Assembly: GCA_047947115.1 (NCBI GenBank)
Contig: CP170459.1
Span: 2,528,001 to 2,592,000, forward strand
DNA length: 64,000 nt
Source of the DNA: Verrucomicrobiota bacterium
GTDB lineage: Bacteria > Verrucomicrobiota > Verrucomicrobiia > Limisphaerales > AAA164-E04
Direction of reading: 5' to 3'
The notes beneath the pieces are model-generated. The model had not been told where the DNA came from. It saw only the letters and a program-made list of their open reading frames with translations, and did not search any database. Positions 23,086 to 32,091 of the stretch are shown here, piece after piece. A program made the translations under genes and the position numbers. Numbering within the stretch: position 1 is the stretch's first letter; the number at the start of each line of letters is the position of its first letter.

Positions 23086-26000
23086 ATGAGTAAAAACACT
23101 AAATCCAAGTCTACCAATCCTGCGGAACGTCCGCAGGGAACCGCCACATCCACAACCGGTTCATATGATGAAGCAGGCCGCTTCAGTGGTCGTTTTTTCA
23201 GAAAAGTGGATTGGCAGACGGCCGGTTTTACGGCGTTGTTTGTCTTCATTGGATACTTACTCTCCATCGCGCCGGATGTGACGCTCGAAGATTCCGGCGA
23301 GCTGTCTGTGGGGTCCTTTTATGCGGGAGTACCGCATCCTCCCGGTTACCCGGTATGGACGCTTTATACCTGGTTGTTCACCGTTTTGGTTCCAGTTTCC
23401 AACATCGCCTTCCGAGTGGCACTTTCCTCTGCTGTGGCGGCGGCAGCGGCCTGTGGCCTTCTTTCTCTGATGGTTTCCCGCGGAAGCAGCATGATTGTGG
23501 AAGGGATGGAAGAACTCAAAGGCATGAATCGCTCGCTCGAGGATTGGATCTGTCGGGTTTCCGGTTGGGTGGCTGGCATGCTGCTTGGGTTTAACGGATT
23601 CATGTGGAGTCAGGCCGTGATTGTGGAGGTTTACACGCTCAGTGTCCTGTCGCTGATGGGCGTGCTGGTTTGTCTGATGCACTGGGTATATGTGCCCGAG
23701 CGCAAAAAGTACCTTTACTGGGCTTTCTTCCTTTTTGGGATTTGTTTCAATAACCACCAAACACTTATCGTTGCTGCGATGGGGCTTGAAGTCGCCATTG
23801 CGGCTGTGAACATTCGCTTGGGGCGGGATTTGTTCCTATTTAACAGTGTGATTTATCTTCTTGGCCTCATTGCCAAATGGAACGGCATGCTCACTGCCTT
23901 TGACCAGAACATTCCATTGTTCGTTATCTACAACGCGGTTGGGATTGCCTCCATTGGTGTTTTTGTTTGGGCATGGAACCGGACCCAGGAGGTGCTGACG
24001 GAATGGGTGCCTCTTGTCATCATTGCGGCGGTGTTTTTGCTGGGGGCTTCGTTTTATTTTTACATGCCGATAGCTTCGTCGACGAATCCGCCCATGAACT
24101 GGGCTTACCCTCGGACCTGGGATGGGTTCGTGCATGCGTTTAGTCGAGGTCAATATGAACGAGCAAATCCGACCAGTTCGCCTTTGAGGTTTATCCAGCA
24201 GATGTATCTGTATTTCAAGGGGGCCGGATCCGAGTTTTCTCCGGTGATGTTGTTGATTGGGTTGGTTCCTTTCTTTTGCTGGAAACGCATGGCAAAACGC
24301 GAACGCGCCTGGATGACCGGGTTGATGGCGGTCTTCTTTTGTTTGGCGGTGATCCTGATGATCCTGCTGAATCCGCCGCCCGACAAGCAGAGTCAGGACT
24401 TGAATCGAGTCTTTTTTACCTCTTCCCACGTTTTGATCGCCATATTCATGGGCTATGGGGTGGCTCTGATCGCCTCGTTTCTGGCTCGGCAATATGAGGC
24501 TCAGCGTCTGCCGGCACTGACCGGAGGTGCCATCGCGGTGGCACTTGCCATTTATGGAAAGCTCGGGTTGGAGCGTGTTCATCCGCTGGATCAATTCACC
24601 GCGTTTTACGGCATTTTGCTTTCGGTCGCTTTTATTCTGATCTTCGGTCTTTCCCGATCCAAGGCGCCGATGAAAGCCATTCTGCTGATCTTTGCGCTGG
24701 CGCCCTTTTATTCGGTGATGAGTCATTGGTGGGAAAACGAGCAGCGCGGGCATTTGTTCGGATACTGGTTTGGGCACGATATGTTTTCCCCGCCGTTTGA
24801 GGTTTATCCGGAGATGGCCGAAGATGCCATCCTGTTTGGTGGGACCGATCCAGGGCGCTTTAATCCGACTTACATGATCTTTTGCGAGAGTTTTATTCCA
24901 GCTTCCAAGAAACCGCGTGATCCGGATTTTGATCGCCGGGATGTTCGCATTATCACGCAGAATGCGTTGGCGGATGGTACCTATCTGGACTACATCCGTG
25001 CCCATTACTTCCGGAGCGCACAGAGGGATCTCCCTTTCTTTCAGGAGATGCTTCGTTCGTCCAAGGAAAAGGAATTGAACCAATCGACAAATTGGATGGC
25101 CCGTGCCTCTGCCCCTCTGGATAATGCCATGACCAGCTTTGGCGCGTATGTGGAACAGAAGCGGAAGGATCGTGGTGTGTATCCGTCCAAGGAAATTTAT
25201 ACTCCATCACATGAGGATTCGGAAAAGGCCTATCTGGATTACATGGCGGATGCCGCCCAGCGGAAAATGTCCGGTCACCTTAAGCCGGGTGAAATCGTGA
25301 CTGAAACCCCTGATGGCCGCATTTCCGTACAGGGGCAGGCGGCGGTCATGGCGATCAATGCCATTTTGGCCAAAATCATTTTTGACAAAAATCCCGGCCA
25401 CGAGTTTTACATCGAAGAAAGCATGCCGCTCGAGTGGATGTATCCGCACCTGACTCCGTTTGGGATCATCATGAAGATCAACCGCGAGGAAGTCCCGGTA
25501 ATCACGGAAGAGATGTTGAAGAAGGATCACCAGTTCTGGTCCCAGTACATGAATCGACTGGTCGGAGACTGGGTGAAATACGACACTCCGATCGAGGATA
25601 TCGTGAAGTTTGCCGATGATGTCTATCTCAAGGGAGATTTGTCAGCATTCAAGGGTGATACCAAATTTGTGCGGGACGATTGGGCGCAGAAGGCGTTTTC
25701 CAAACTACGCAGTGGTATTGCCGGAATTTATGCCTGGCGATTGGGCCCGCAATGTCCGAAACATTTGCAGCCCAAAACTGTGGAGGAAGAACAACGTTTG
25801 TTGGAAGAGGCTGATTATGCCTTTCGCCAGGCGCTGGTGTTGTGTCCATACAGCCCGGAAGCCGTCTTTCGGTATTCCAATTTGCTGGCCATGACTCAGA
25901 GGGTGGATGACGCGATCATGATCACTGAGAAGTGTTTTGAATTTGATTATGAAAACGAGGGGGTAAGGCAATTGTTGCAACAATTGCATCGGATGAAGCA

Positions 26001-26508
26001 GGGACAGGCGAAATTGAATCAAATCCAGGACACCATTCACAATCTGGAACAACAGTTTGTGGCCAGCAAAACCAATCTGGATGTTGCCTACAAGCTCATG
26101 TCCAATTACGTGCTCACCATGCGGACCAATGAGGCCATTGTGGTGATGGATGAATTATTGGCCGACCCGAATGCGCCTGCTGAAACCATTCTGACCGTGG
26201 CTTCCGCTTACAACGATCTCAAGCAATATGATCGATTGGAAAATGCGCTGATTCGATTGGTGGAGGTGATTCCCGACAATCCAGAAGCCTGGTTCGACCT
26301 GGCAGGAACCCAGGCCTTGATGGGAAAACATCAGCTGGCTTTGCAGACCCTGAGCAAGACCATGGAGTTGAGCCGTGCCCGCAAATTGAAGAATCCTGAG
26401 GCGGTGGATTTGGCCCGTAAAGCGAGAGCGGACACACGGTTCAATGCCATGAAGGTGTTACCTGAGTTTCAGAAGATCCTAAATGGCACACCTTTGAATG
26501 GTGAATAG
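23086..26508 (+). CDS. DUF2723 (TMEM260-like) GT-C glycosyltransferase with C-terminal TPRs
   Basis: APDVTLEDSGEL...GVPHPPGYP, WSQAVIVEVYTL and PPMNW motifs; many TM helices; TPR-like C-terminus. Start placed at MSKNTK (23086); the ORF track starts at 23008. Confidence 0.85.
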   Translation: MSKNTKSKSTNPAERPQGTATSTTGSYDEAGRFSGRFFRKVDWQTAGFTALFVFIGYLLSIAPDVTLEDSGELSVGSFYAGVPHPPGYPVWTLYTWLFTVLVPVSNIAFRVALSSAVAAAAACGLLSLMVSRGSSMIVEGMEELKGMNRSLEDWICRVSGWVAGMLLGFNGFMWSQAVIVEVYTLSVLSLMGVLVCLMHWVYVPERKKYLYWAFFLFGICFNNHQTLIVAAMGLEVAIAAVNIRLGRDLFLFNSVIYLLGLIAKWNGMLTAFDQNIPLFVIYNAVGIASIGVFVWAWNRTQEVLTEWVPLVIIAAVFLLGASFYFYMPIASSTNPPMNWAYPRTWDGFVHAFSRGQYERANPTSSPLRFIQQMYLYFKGAGSEFSPVMLLIGLVPFFCWKRMAKRERAWMTGLMAVFFCLAVILMILLNPPPDKQSQDLNRVFFTSSHVLIAIFMGYGVALIASFLARQYEAQRLPALTGGAIAVALAIYGKLGLERVHPLDQFTAFYGILLSVAFILIFGLSRSKAPMKAILLIFALAPFYSVMSHWWENEQRGHLFGYWFGHDMFSPPFEVYPEMAEDAILFGGTDPGRFNPTYMIFCESFIPASKKPRDPDFDRRDVRIITQNALADGTYLDYIRAHYFRSAQRDLPFFQEMLRSSKEKELNQSTNWMARASAPLDNAMTSFGAYVEQKRKDRGVYPSKEIYTPSHEDSEKAYLDYMADAAQRKMSGHLKPGEIVTETPDGRISVQGQAAVMAINAILAKIIFDKNPGHEFYIEESMPLEWMYPHLTPFGIIMKINREEVPVITEEMLKKDHQFWSQYMNRLVGDWVKYDTPIEDIVKFADDVYLKGDLSAFKGDTKFVRDDWAQKAFSKLRSGIAGIYAWRLGPQCPKHLQPKTVEEEQRLLEEADYAFRQALVLCPYSPEAVFRYSNLLAMTQRVDDAIMITEKCFEFDYENEGVRQLLQQLHRMKQGQAKLNQIQDTIHNLEQQFVASKTNLDVAYKLMSNYVLTMRTNEAIVVMDELLADPNAPAETILTVASAYNDLKQYDRLENALIRLVEVIPDNPEAWFDLAGTQALMGKHQLALQTLSKTMELSRARKLKNPEAVDLARKARADTRFNAMKVLPEFQKILNGTPLNGE

Positions 26509-26529
26509 TGAATTTTAAATGGTGAAATT
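26495..26529 (+). repeat. 7-bp-period GTGAAT motif overlapping the DUF2723 stop codon
   Basis: TGAATGGTGAATAGTGAATTTTAAATGGTGAAATT. Confidence 0.7.
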
Positions 26530-26542
26530 CCGAACGTTGGTG

Positions 26543-26750
26543 TGCAGGTAGATCGGAACGTCCCGGTCCGCTCCCGCTGGCGACAGCTACGCGGATGTGG
26601 GGAGTTGGATGCTTTGGGGTATTCCTTTGGATGTTGCTATGCTGGGGAAGCAAACCGCAAGGATTGCGCGCCGAGACGCCACACTCTACCTTTGGACACT
26701 ACCCGTCTTCACTTCAATTCACTATTTAAAAAGGGACGACACGTTCTACT
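26543..26750. repeat. Diverged solo copy of the REP mosaic unit
   Basis: Collinear with the 16.5-kb unit: GGTAGATCGGAACGTCCCGGTCCG...GCGACAGCTACGCGGATGTGGGGA...GCGCGCCGAGACGCCACACTCTACC...AATTCACTATTTAAAAAGGGACGACACGTTCTAC. Confidence 0.88.
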
Positions 26751-26762
26751 AGGGGGGAAGGC

Positions 26763-27263
26763 TCAGTAATCGTATAGTCCGGGATCCTGGCTGAAACCTC
26801 CCATACCGCCGCCGGGGCCTCCATCCATGTCGCCCATCACATCGCCCAGGATGTCGCCCATATCTTCTTCTATTTTGTCGGGATCTTCTCCTGCTTCGAG
26901 GCGTTTGATGGCAATGTCCATTTCTTTGGGGAGCACTCCTTCGGGCATGACCTGTTGCATTTTACGCATTAAGTGGGCCATGTGCTTGGGGTTGTTCTCG
27001 TCGAGATGTGCCATATCCTTTTCAAGCTCACCCATAGCTCGCATCATTTTGGACTCGTCGATGCCGGACACGTCAGGACCCTCATCGGTTCCTTCATTGT
27101 TACCTTTTCCTCCGCCTTTGATCATGGCAAATGAGCTCATCTGCTTGCTCATTTTTTCGTTGCCACACTTCGGGCATTTCGGATCGCCCTCCGGATTGAG
27201 GCGTTTCGATAAAAAACTGAAAATGACCCTGCACTTCGGGCAGGCAAATTCATAAATCGGCAT
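26763..27263 (-). CDS. FmdB-family zinc-ribbon protein
   Basis: MPIYEFACPKC...CPKCG N-terminus; Met/Gly/acidic C-terminal domain; 12 nt downstream of korB. Confidence 0.85.
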   Translation of the reverse strand: MPIYEFACPKCRVIFSFLSKRLNPEGDPKCPKCGNEKMSKQMSSFAMIKGGGKGNNEGTDEGPDVSGIDESKMMRAMGELEKDMAHLDENNPKHMAHLMRKMQQVMPEGVLPKEMDIAIKRLEAGEDPDKIEEDMGDILGDVMGDMDGGPGGGMGGFSQDPGLYDY

Positions 27264-27275
27264 AAGCCAACTGGT

Positions 27276-28199
27276 TTATTTCATGCGATCAAAGGTCTGC
27301 TGCAGGATTTGCCAATCTTGAAGATCGCCAGTTTTTTCGCGGGCTGCATCTATCAGAGATTGTTCATTGGCATTTTTCGTCGGCTCATTGACATCGTAAA
27401 AGACGCCGAAATAACCAGGGAAGGGGGTGTTAGCCAGTTTGAAAGCTTCGATCTCGTCGGTGACATCGTGGTCTTCGGGCACTTCCAGGAATTCACCGCC
27501 CTTGCGGGGATTGGATTTGTCGAAGGCGCCGGGATAAAACTCCACACACTCGCTCAAGCACTCAATGACGCTGAATCCATCATGATCCATGGCGCGATCC
27601 ATCATGGCAAGCAGGTGTTTCGGATTGGTGGCTGTGGATCTGGCAACAAAGGTGGCTCCAGCTGCAACCAACTGCTTCATCGGATTGATGGGTTTGTCCT
27701 TGGAACCGCCAATATCCGTTTTGCTTCGAAAACCAAGAGGAGACGTGGGGGATGTTTGTTTCTTGGTCAGCCCATAGACAAAATTGTCCATGATCACATA
27801 GGTTAAGTTGACATTCTTACGAGCTGTATGGTTCAGATGGTTGCCGCCAATGGAGAACGCGTCTCCGTCACCACCGAACACAAAGGTGTGAAGATCAGGG
27901 CGAGAAAGAGATACCCCGGTTGCAAATGGCAGTGCGCGTCCATGAATGAAATGGACTCCGTTCGCTTGAACAAAATAGGGGAAGCGGCTTGAGCAGCCGA
28001 TACCTGCAACGGTTGTGATCTTTTCGTGGTGCAATCCACGCTGCTGGATCAGGCGGAAGTAAAGGGCCAATATCGAGAAATCCCCACAACCTGGGCACCA
28101 CGTCGGGTGATCGGCTGAGATTTCCTTTTTGGTCAAGGGAGCCCTGGTTGAAGGATCTTGTTCGGTGACTTCTTGTTCAGCAGTGTTGCTAGCGCTCAT
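27276..28199 (-). CDS. korB: 2-oxoacid:ferredoxin oxidoreductase beta subunit (TPP-binding)
   Basis: WCPGCGDF, GIGCSS, HGRALP, GDGD...GGNH and DNFVYGLTK motifs; substrate not determinable. Confidence 0.9.
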   Translation of the reverse strand: MSASNTAEQEVTEQDPSTRAPLTKKEISADHPTWCPGCGDFSILALYFRLIQQRGLHHEKITTVAGIGCSSRFPYFVQANGVHFIHGRALPFATGVSLSRPDLHTFVFGGDGDAFSIGGNHLNHTARKNVNLTYVIMDNFVYGLTKKQTSPTSPLGFRSKTDIGGSKDKPINPMKQLVAAGATFVARSTATNPKHLLAMMDRAMDHDGFSVIECLSECVEFYPGAFDKSNPRKGGEFLEVPEDHDVTDEIEAFKLANTPFPGYFGVFYDVNEPTKNANEQSLIDAAREKTGDLQDWQILQQTFDRMK

Positions 28200-28238
28200 T
28201 TTTTAAGGTAATTTTGAAATCTTTCCTGTTGGGTCCTG

Positions 28239-30044
28239 TCAGGCAATGGATTCTCGCACGCGTTGGATAATTTCTTTGATTTTATAGGTCAGGCCATCGG
28301 TTTTGTTGATGCCCTTGATCTTGGGGTCACAGTATCTGGCTCGGAGCAAGCCGGCCAGTTGACCATAGCCGTACAGGCCTTCGTCATTGATCTCCACCAC
28401 AAAGACGTGTTTGTATTTGGCGAAAATGTTTTCCAATCCGTTGGGCAGGGGGTTGATGTGGCGAATGTGCAGAGATGCCCAGTTTTCACCCTCTTTTTTG
28501 ACGCGGTCCACTGCTTCCCGAATAGGACCCTGAGTGGAGCCCCAACCCACTAGAAGGATATCACCTTCCTCACTTCCATAAACTTTTGGCTGCTCGATAG
28601 TTTCTGCGAGGGCCTGTAGTTTGCGGCGACGTTTTCCGGTCATTTCCTTGTGCAGCTTGGGTGATCCTGTGGGGTGACCCAACTCGTCGTGCTCAAGACC
28701 CGTGATGACCGGGTATTTCCCGCTTTTAATGGGAGTGCCAGGTGCCACGTGGGGGTTGATACCGTTCTCTTTTGAAAGATCGTAGGGTTTGTGATCTTCA
28801 ATCGGTGAAAGATCGGGTGCAATGTCCCTGCAGATTTCCTTCAGATTGGGTTCTTCAAAAGCCTCGATGCGAGTGGCAATAGCCTGGTCTGTCAGGATCA
28901 CGACCGGGGTACTGTAATCCTTCGCGATTTGAACCGCCTCCATGGCAGTGTAAAAAGCGTCTTCCACATTGGCCGGTGCCAAAACCACTCGTGGAGCATC
29001 TCCGTGACTGCCAAAACAAGCGATGTTCAGATCGGATTGCTCTACGTTGGTGGGCATCCCGGTGGAGGGGCCGCCTCGTTGAACGTCCACGACCACCAGC
29101 GGAACCTCCGCCATGATTCCCCAACCCAGTGCTTCGGTCTTCAGGGAAATCCCCGGTCCACTGGACCCGGTGATGGCTACTCTGCCGGCGTAACTTGCCC
29201 CGAGGGCCATCGAAATGGATGCAATTTCATCTTCACACTGGATAAATGAACCGCCGTATTTGGGGAGTTCTCTGCGAAGGAGTTCCATGATATCTGACCA
29301 CGGAGTGATCGGATAGCCGGCACCGAAGCGGACCCCTGCCGCAATTAAACCATATGCCAAGGCCTCATTGCCATTCATGACCACCTGTGTGGACTGGCGT
29401 TTGGTGCTTTCAGTGAATGCGAAGGTCTGTATCAGATCCCCGACTTCGTATTGATGGCCAGCGTTGAATGCGTTGAGCGCCGTTTCGGTGATCTTCGGAT
29501 TTTTACCTTTGAACTTCTCGGTAATCAGACCTTTCAACTTCTCCTCACCGAGGTTGAAAATACGGCAGATCAATCCCAACGCGAAAATGTTCTTCCCTTT
29601 GTCCCTCGCCGTGCCGCCAATCGCTTCGATGGTCAGGTTGCTGATGGGAATGCCCACATGGTGGTATTCCTGCTGCCATTCCTCCTTGGGGGTGACGTGG
29701 TCCGAATCATAAAGTACGATGCCCTGGTGCTTGAGGGAGGCTATATGTCCTTCGTAGGAATGCTGATAAAAAGCCAGTAGAACGTCTGCATCATCCCCGG
29801 CGCTGAGCACCTCCCCGGTGCCGATGCGGACCTGAAAAATAGAGGGACCACCTGAAATGGTGGAAGGGATGGTCATGAATGTCATGACCTCCTGCTCGCT
29901 TCGGCCTGCGAGCCTGGCAAGAAATCCTCCTATGGATTGAATGCCGTCTTGTGAGTTCCCCGCGATGCGGATGACTGCCTCTGATATGTTCGAATTATTT
30001 GTCTGTCCGCCTGCTTTAGGAGCGGTTGAAATGGAATCACTCAT
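28239..30044 (-). CDS. korA: 2-oxoacid:ferredoxin oxidoreductase alpha subunit (fused gamma-alpha)
   Basis: GNEALAYG, GYPITP, EDEIAS, SSGPG and QRGGPSTGMPT motifs. Confidence 0.9.
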   Translation of the reverse strand: MSDSISTAPKAGGQTNNSNISEAVIRIAGNSQDGIQSIGGFLARLAGRSEQEVMTFMTIPSTISGGPSIFQVRIGTGEVLSAGDDADVLLAFYQHSYEGHIASLKHQGIVLYDSDHVTPKEEWQQEYHHVGIPISNLTIEAIGGTARDKGKNIFALGLICRIFNLGEEKLKGLITEKFKGKNPKITETALNAFNAGHQYEVGDLIQTFAFTESTKRQSTQVVMNGNEALAYGLIAAGVRFGAGYPITPWSDIMELLRRELPKYGGSFIQCEDEIASISMALGASYAGRVAITGSSGPGISLKTEALGWGIMAEVPLVVVDVQRGGPSTGMPTNVEQSDLNIACFGSHGDAPRVVLAPANVEDAFYTAMEAVQIAKDYSTPVVILTDQAIATRIEAFEEPNLKEICRDIAPDLSPIEDHKPYDLSKENGINPHVAPGTPIKSGKYPVITGLEHDELGHPTGSPKLHKEMTGKRRRKLQALAETIEQPKVYGSEEGDILLVGWGSTQGPIREAVDRVKKEGENWASLHIRHINPLPNGLENIFAKYKHVFVVEINDEGLYGYGQLAGLLRARYCDPKIKGINKTDGLTYKIKEIIQRVRESIA

Positions 30045-30125
30045 TCAGTAATTGGTTCCCATTAACGATTCTGATGGTAAAATTGAGTACTGCAGCCGTT
30101 GATGAATCCGGTCGCATCAACGCCC

Positions 30126-30197
30126 AAAGTAGGGCTGTGTATCGTGACTGTCAAACGATTATGGGGGTTACAGGAAGATTATTTTGAAATAAGTCAA
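30126..30197 (-). promoter_or_regulatory. Putative korAB promoter with an upstream Crp/Fnr-like palindrome
   Basis: Minus strand TTGACA-17 nt-TACTTT (30154-30126); TTGA-N6-TCAA at 30184-30197. Confidence 0.5.
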
Positions 30198-30267
30198 TCA
30201 CGTCAGGCAGACCATTTCGATTGAGATTAGCGATTCTTATTTTTCCGGTGATACGTTTAAGGAAATG

Positions 30268-31116
30268 TCACCAAGCTCCCTCATCAAACTGCCGCAGACA
30301 CTCAAGAACCCCGTCTCCTGCAGGTTGTGAGGCAATCTTTCCTTCATGCCTCATGACATGTTCCATGACAGCTGGAATAGAGTTCCCTGGCGCGATCAGG
30401 TGTTGAGCAACATTAGGATGCAACATCGGAATATCGTTAAAATGGTCTCCTGCAACAAGTATTTGGTCTTTGCTTATCTGGTGTCTTTTGGCAATTTCTC
30501 CAACCAGGGTGCCTTTATGGATGGAGGCATGGCTGAATCTGGCGTAAATATCGTTGCGAACCCAGGCAAGATCGGTGTGCGCCCTGAGCTTTTCGTCAAC
30601 AAATCGATGAATCAAATCCGCATCCTCATTGCATCGCGCAATCAGGCAGACGGGAGAATGTTTGTCCTCATAAACATGCGCATCAAATTCACCATTGATC
30701 CATTCGCTGACTTCAAGCATCAGGCTGGAATACTTATTAAATAGTGCTGTGTGAATGGACTTTGAATGGCTGTTCCAGTCGTGGACGGGATGGTATGCAT
30801 TGGATTGGAGTGTATACACCTCACGCTCAACCACTCCTATATAATCGGGAAGTAGTCCTTCGTTGTGTTCCAACAGGCTTTCGAGCAGGAATTCACGGTC
30901 ACGACCCGTGTTAATCATCCATAAAGTGCCGTTTTGCTGCATAGAACCGATGCAATCGATCAGGCCCGACGGTATGCGGGGTGACATGGTTTCGGAATAT
31001 AACGTGCCGTCAAAATCCGTGCACAATAGTCGGATGTTCTTCAAGCTCATGATGTAGTTGGTGTCAGCGTCATGTTGCATCCATTCCAGGGAATTGGTTT
31101 TGCTCCAATCACTCAA
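30268..31116 (-). CDS. HAD-superfamily (IIB) hydrolase
   Basis: DFDGT motif I, NTGR motif II, K...GDHFND motifs III/IV; true start may be further downstream (MSLKNIRLL). Confidence 0.85.
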   Translation of the reverse strand: MSDWSKTNSLEWMQHDADTNYIMSLKNIRLLCTDFDGTLYSETMSPRIPSGLIDCIGSMQQNGTLWMINTGRDREFLLESLLEHNEGLLPDYIGVVEREVYTLQSNAYHPVHDWNSHSKSIHTALFNKYSSLMLEVSEWINGEFDAHVYEDKHSPVCLIARCNEDADLIHRFVDEKLRAHTDLAWVRNDIYARFSHASIHKGTLVGEIAKRHQISKDQILVAGDHFNDIPMLHPNVAQHLIAPGNSIPAVMEHVMRHEGKIASQPAGDGVLECLRQFDEGAW

Positions 31117-31429
31117 GCCGAATCAATGTAAAGAAATGGGGATGAGTTGTCGATGGTTTCCCCCATTACCTGCGGTTGCTTCAAAATAACCACCGGGTTC
31201 CGGTCCTTTGCGACCTCCGGATTTAGGATGGGCACTTGTGGTATTCCACAACACGTAAGGGTTGCATTCATTCTCCTCATTCATTCCCTTCTACAGAAAC
31301 GATACTCCTACCACCCAAAGTATCCGCTTCGGAATGGAAGATTGGATCCCTTGGGTGCTTTCGGCAGAAGGTGCCCGTCGAGCGTGAACTGAAAATCGGT
31401 AGGTGGCGCCGGATAATCATCTCGCTGGT

Positions 31430-31640
31430 GCAAAGTGCATCAGGGGGGGGTAATGAGCGAGCGAGACAGGTGGCAATCAATCGCAATACCACGTTAAATG
31501 AGCTGTTCAGAGATTGGTTGGAGCAACTCGGCGAAGGTGCCTTGCGTGAACAGTCCTATCGACAGCAGATGGAACGGTTTAAGGGCCGGGTTCAGGGTGG
31601 GGGCCGCACATTTACCTGAGAGGAGATGAATGAGGGTTGA
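31430..31640 (+). pseudogene. Degraded antitoxin of a PIN toxin-antitoxin pair
   Basis: ERARQVA..RNTTLNELFRDWLE...GGRTFT*EEMNEG*: in-frame TGA at 31617 where such antitoxins usually read FTREEMNER; no clean start; 5' limit approximate. Confidence 0.65.
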
Positions 31641-32052
31641 GTATTTTTTGGATACGAACAATTTGATCTACTCCTTTGATGAAAAAGCGCCGGAAAAACA
31701 AGAACGATCCCAGATGCTCATCGAGAAAGCATTGCGGACCGGATGCGGTGCGATCAGTTGGCAAGTGGTGCAGGAATTCTTAAACGTTGCCAGACATAAG
31801 TGGGAACATCCGATGTCCGCCAACGAGGCTGTCGAATTTTTAGGGAGTGTGTTGAAACCGCTTTGTTTCGTTTTTCCTACCGCCACCCTTTGGCGGGCTG
31901 CCCTTTCTTTTCAGCTCGAAAGCCAATATCGGTTCTACGACAGTCTGCTAGTTGCTTTCGCTCTGCAGAGCGGAGCCCACATTCTTTAAAGCGAGGCCCA
32001 GCAACCCGGACGCCGCTTCGGTTAGCTTGAGCTACGAAATTCTTTCACCCTT
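31630..32052 (+). pseudogene. PIN-domain (VapC-like) toxin pseudogene
   Basis: FLDTN, ISWQVVQEF and FYDSLLV motifs; the frame continues GAHIL*SEAQQPGRRFG*LELRNSF, so two nonsense codons interrupt the usual LYSED..G.....NPF tail. Confidence 0.8.
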
Positions 32053-32091
32053 AATTCACCATTCTAAATTCACTATTCACTATTCGTAATT
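32051..32091 (-). repeat. 7-bp-period GTGAAT motif overlapping the ABC exporter stop codon
   Basis: Minus strand ...CGAATAGTGAATAGTGAATTTAGAATGGTGAATTAA. Confidence 0.7.

Noticed and set aside
23836..25083. 415-aa antisense ORF, and similar long antisense ORFs inside gyrA, gyrB and addB
   Set aside because: Fully overlaps a well-supported gene on the opposite strand and has no recognisable motifs
31617..32030. Stop-codon recoding (Sec, Pyl or alternative code) in the TA pair
   Set aside because: TGA, TAA and TAG all occur, along with a missense loss of a catalytic Asp; neighbouring genes use the standard code
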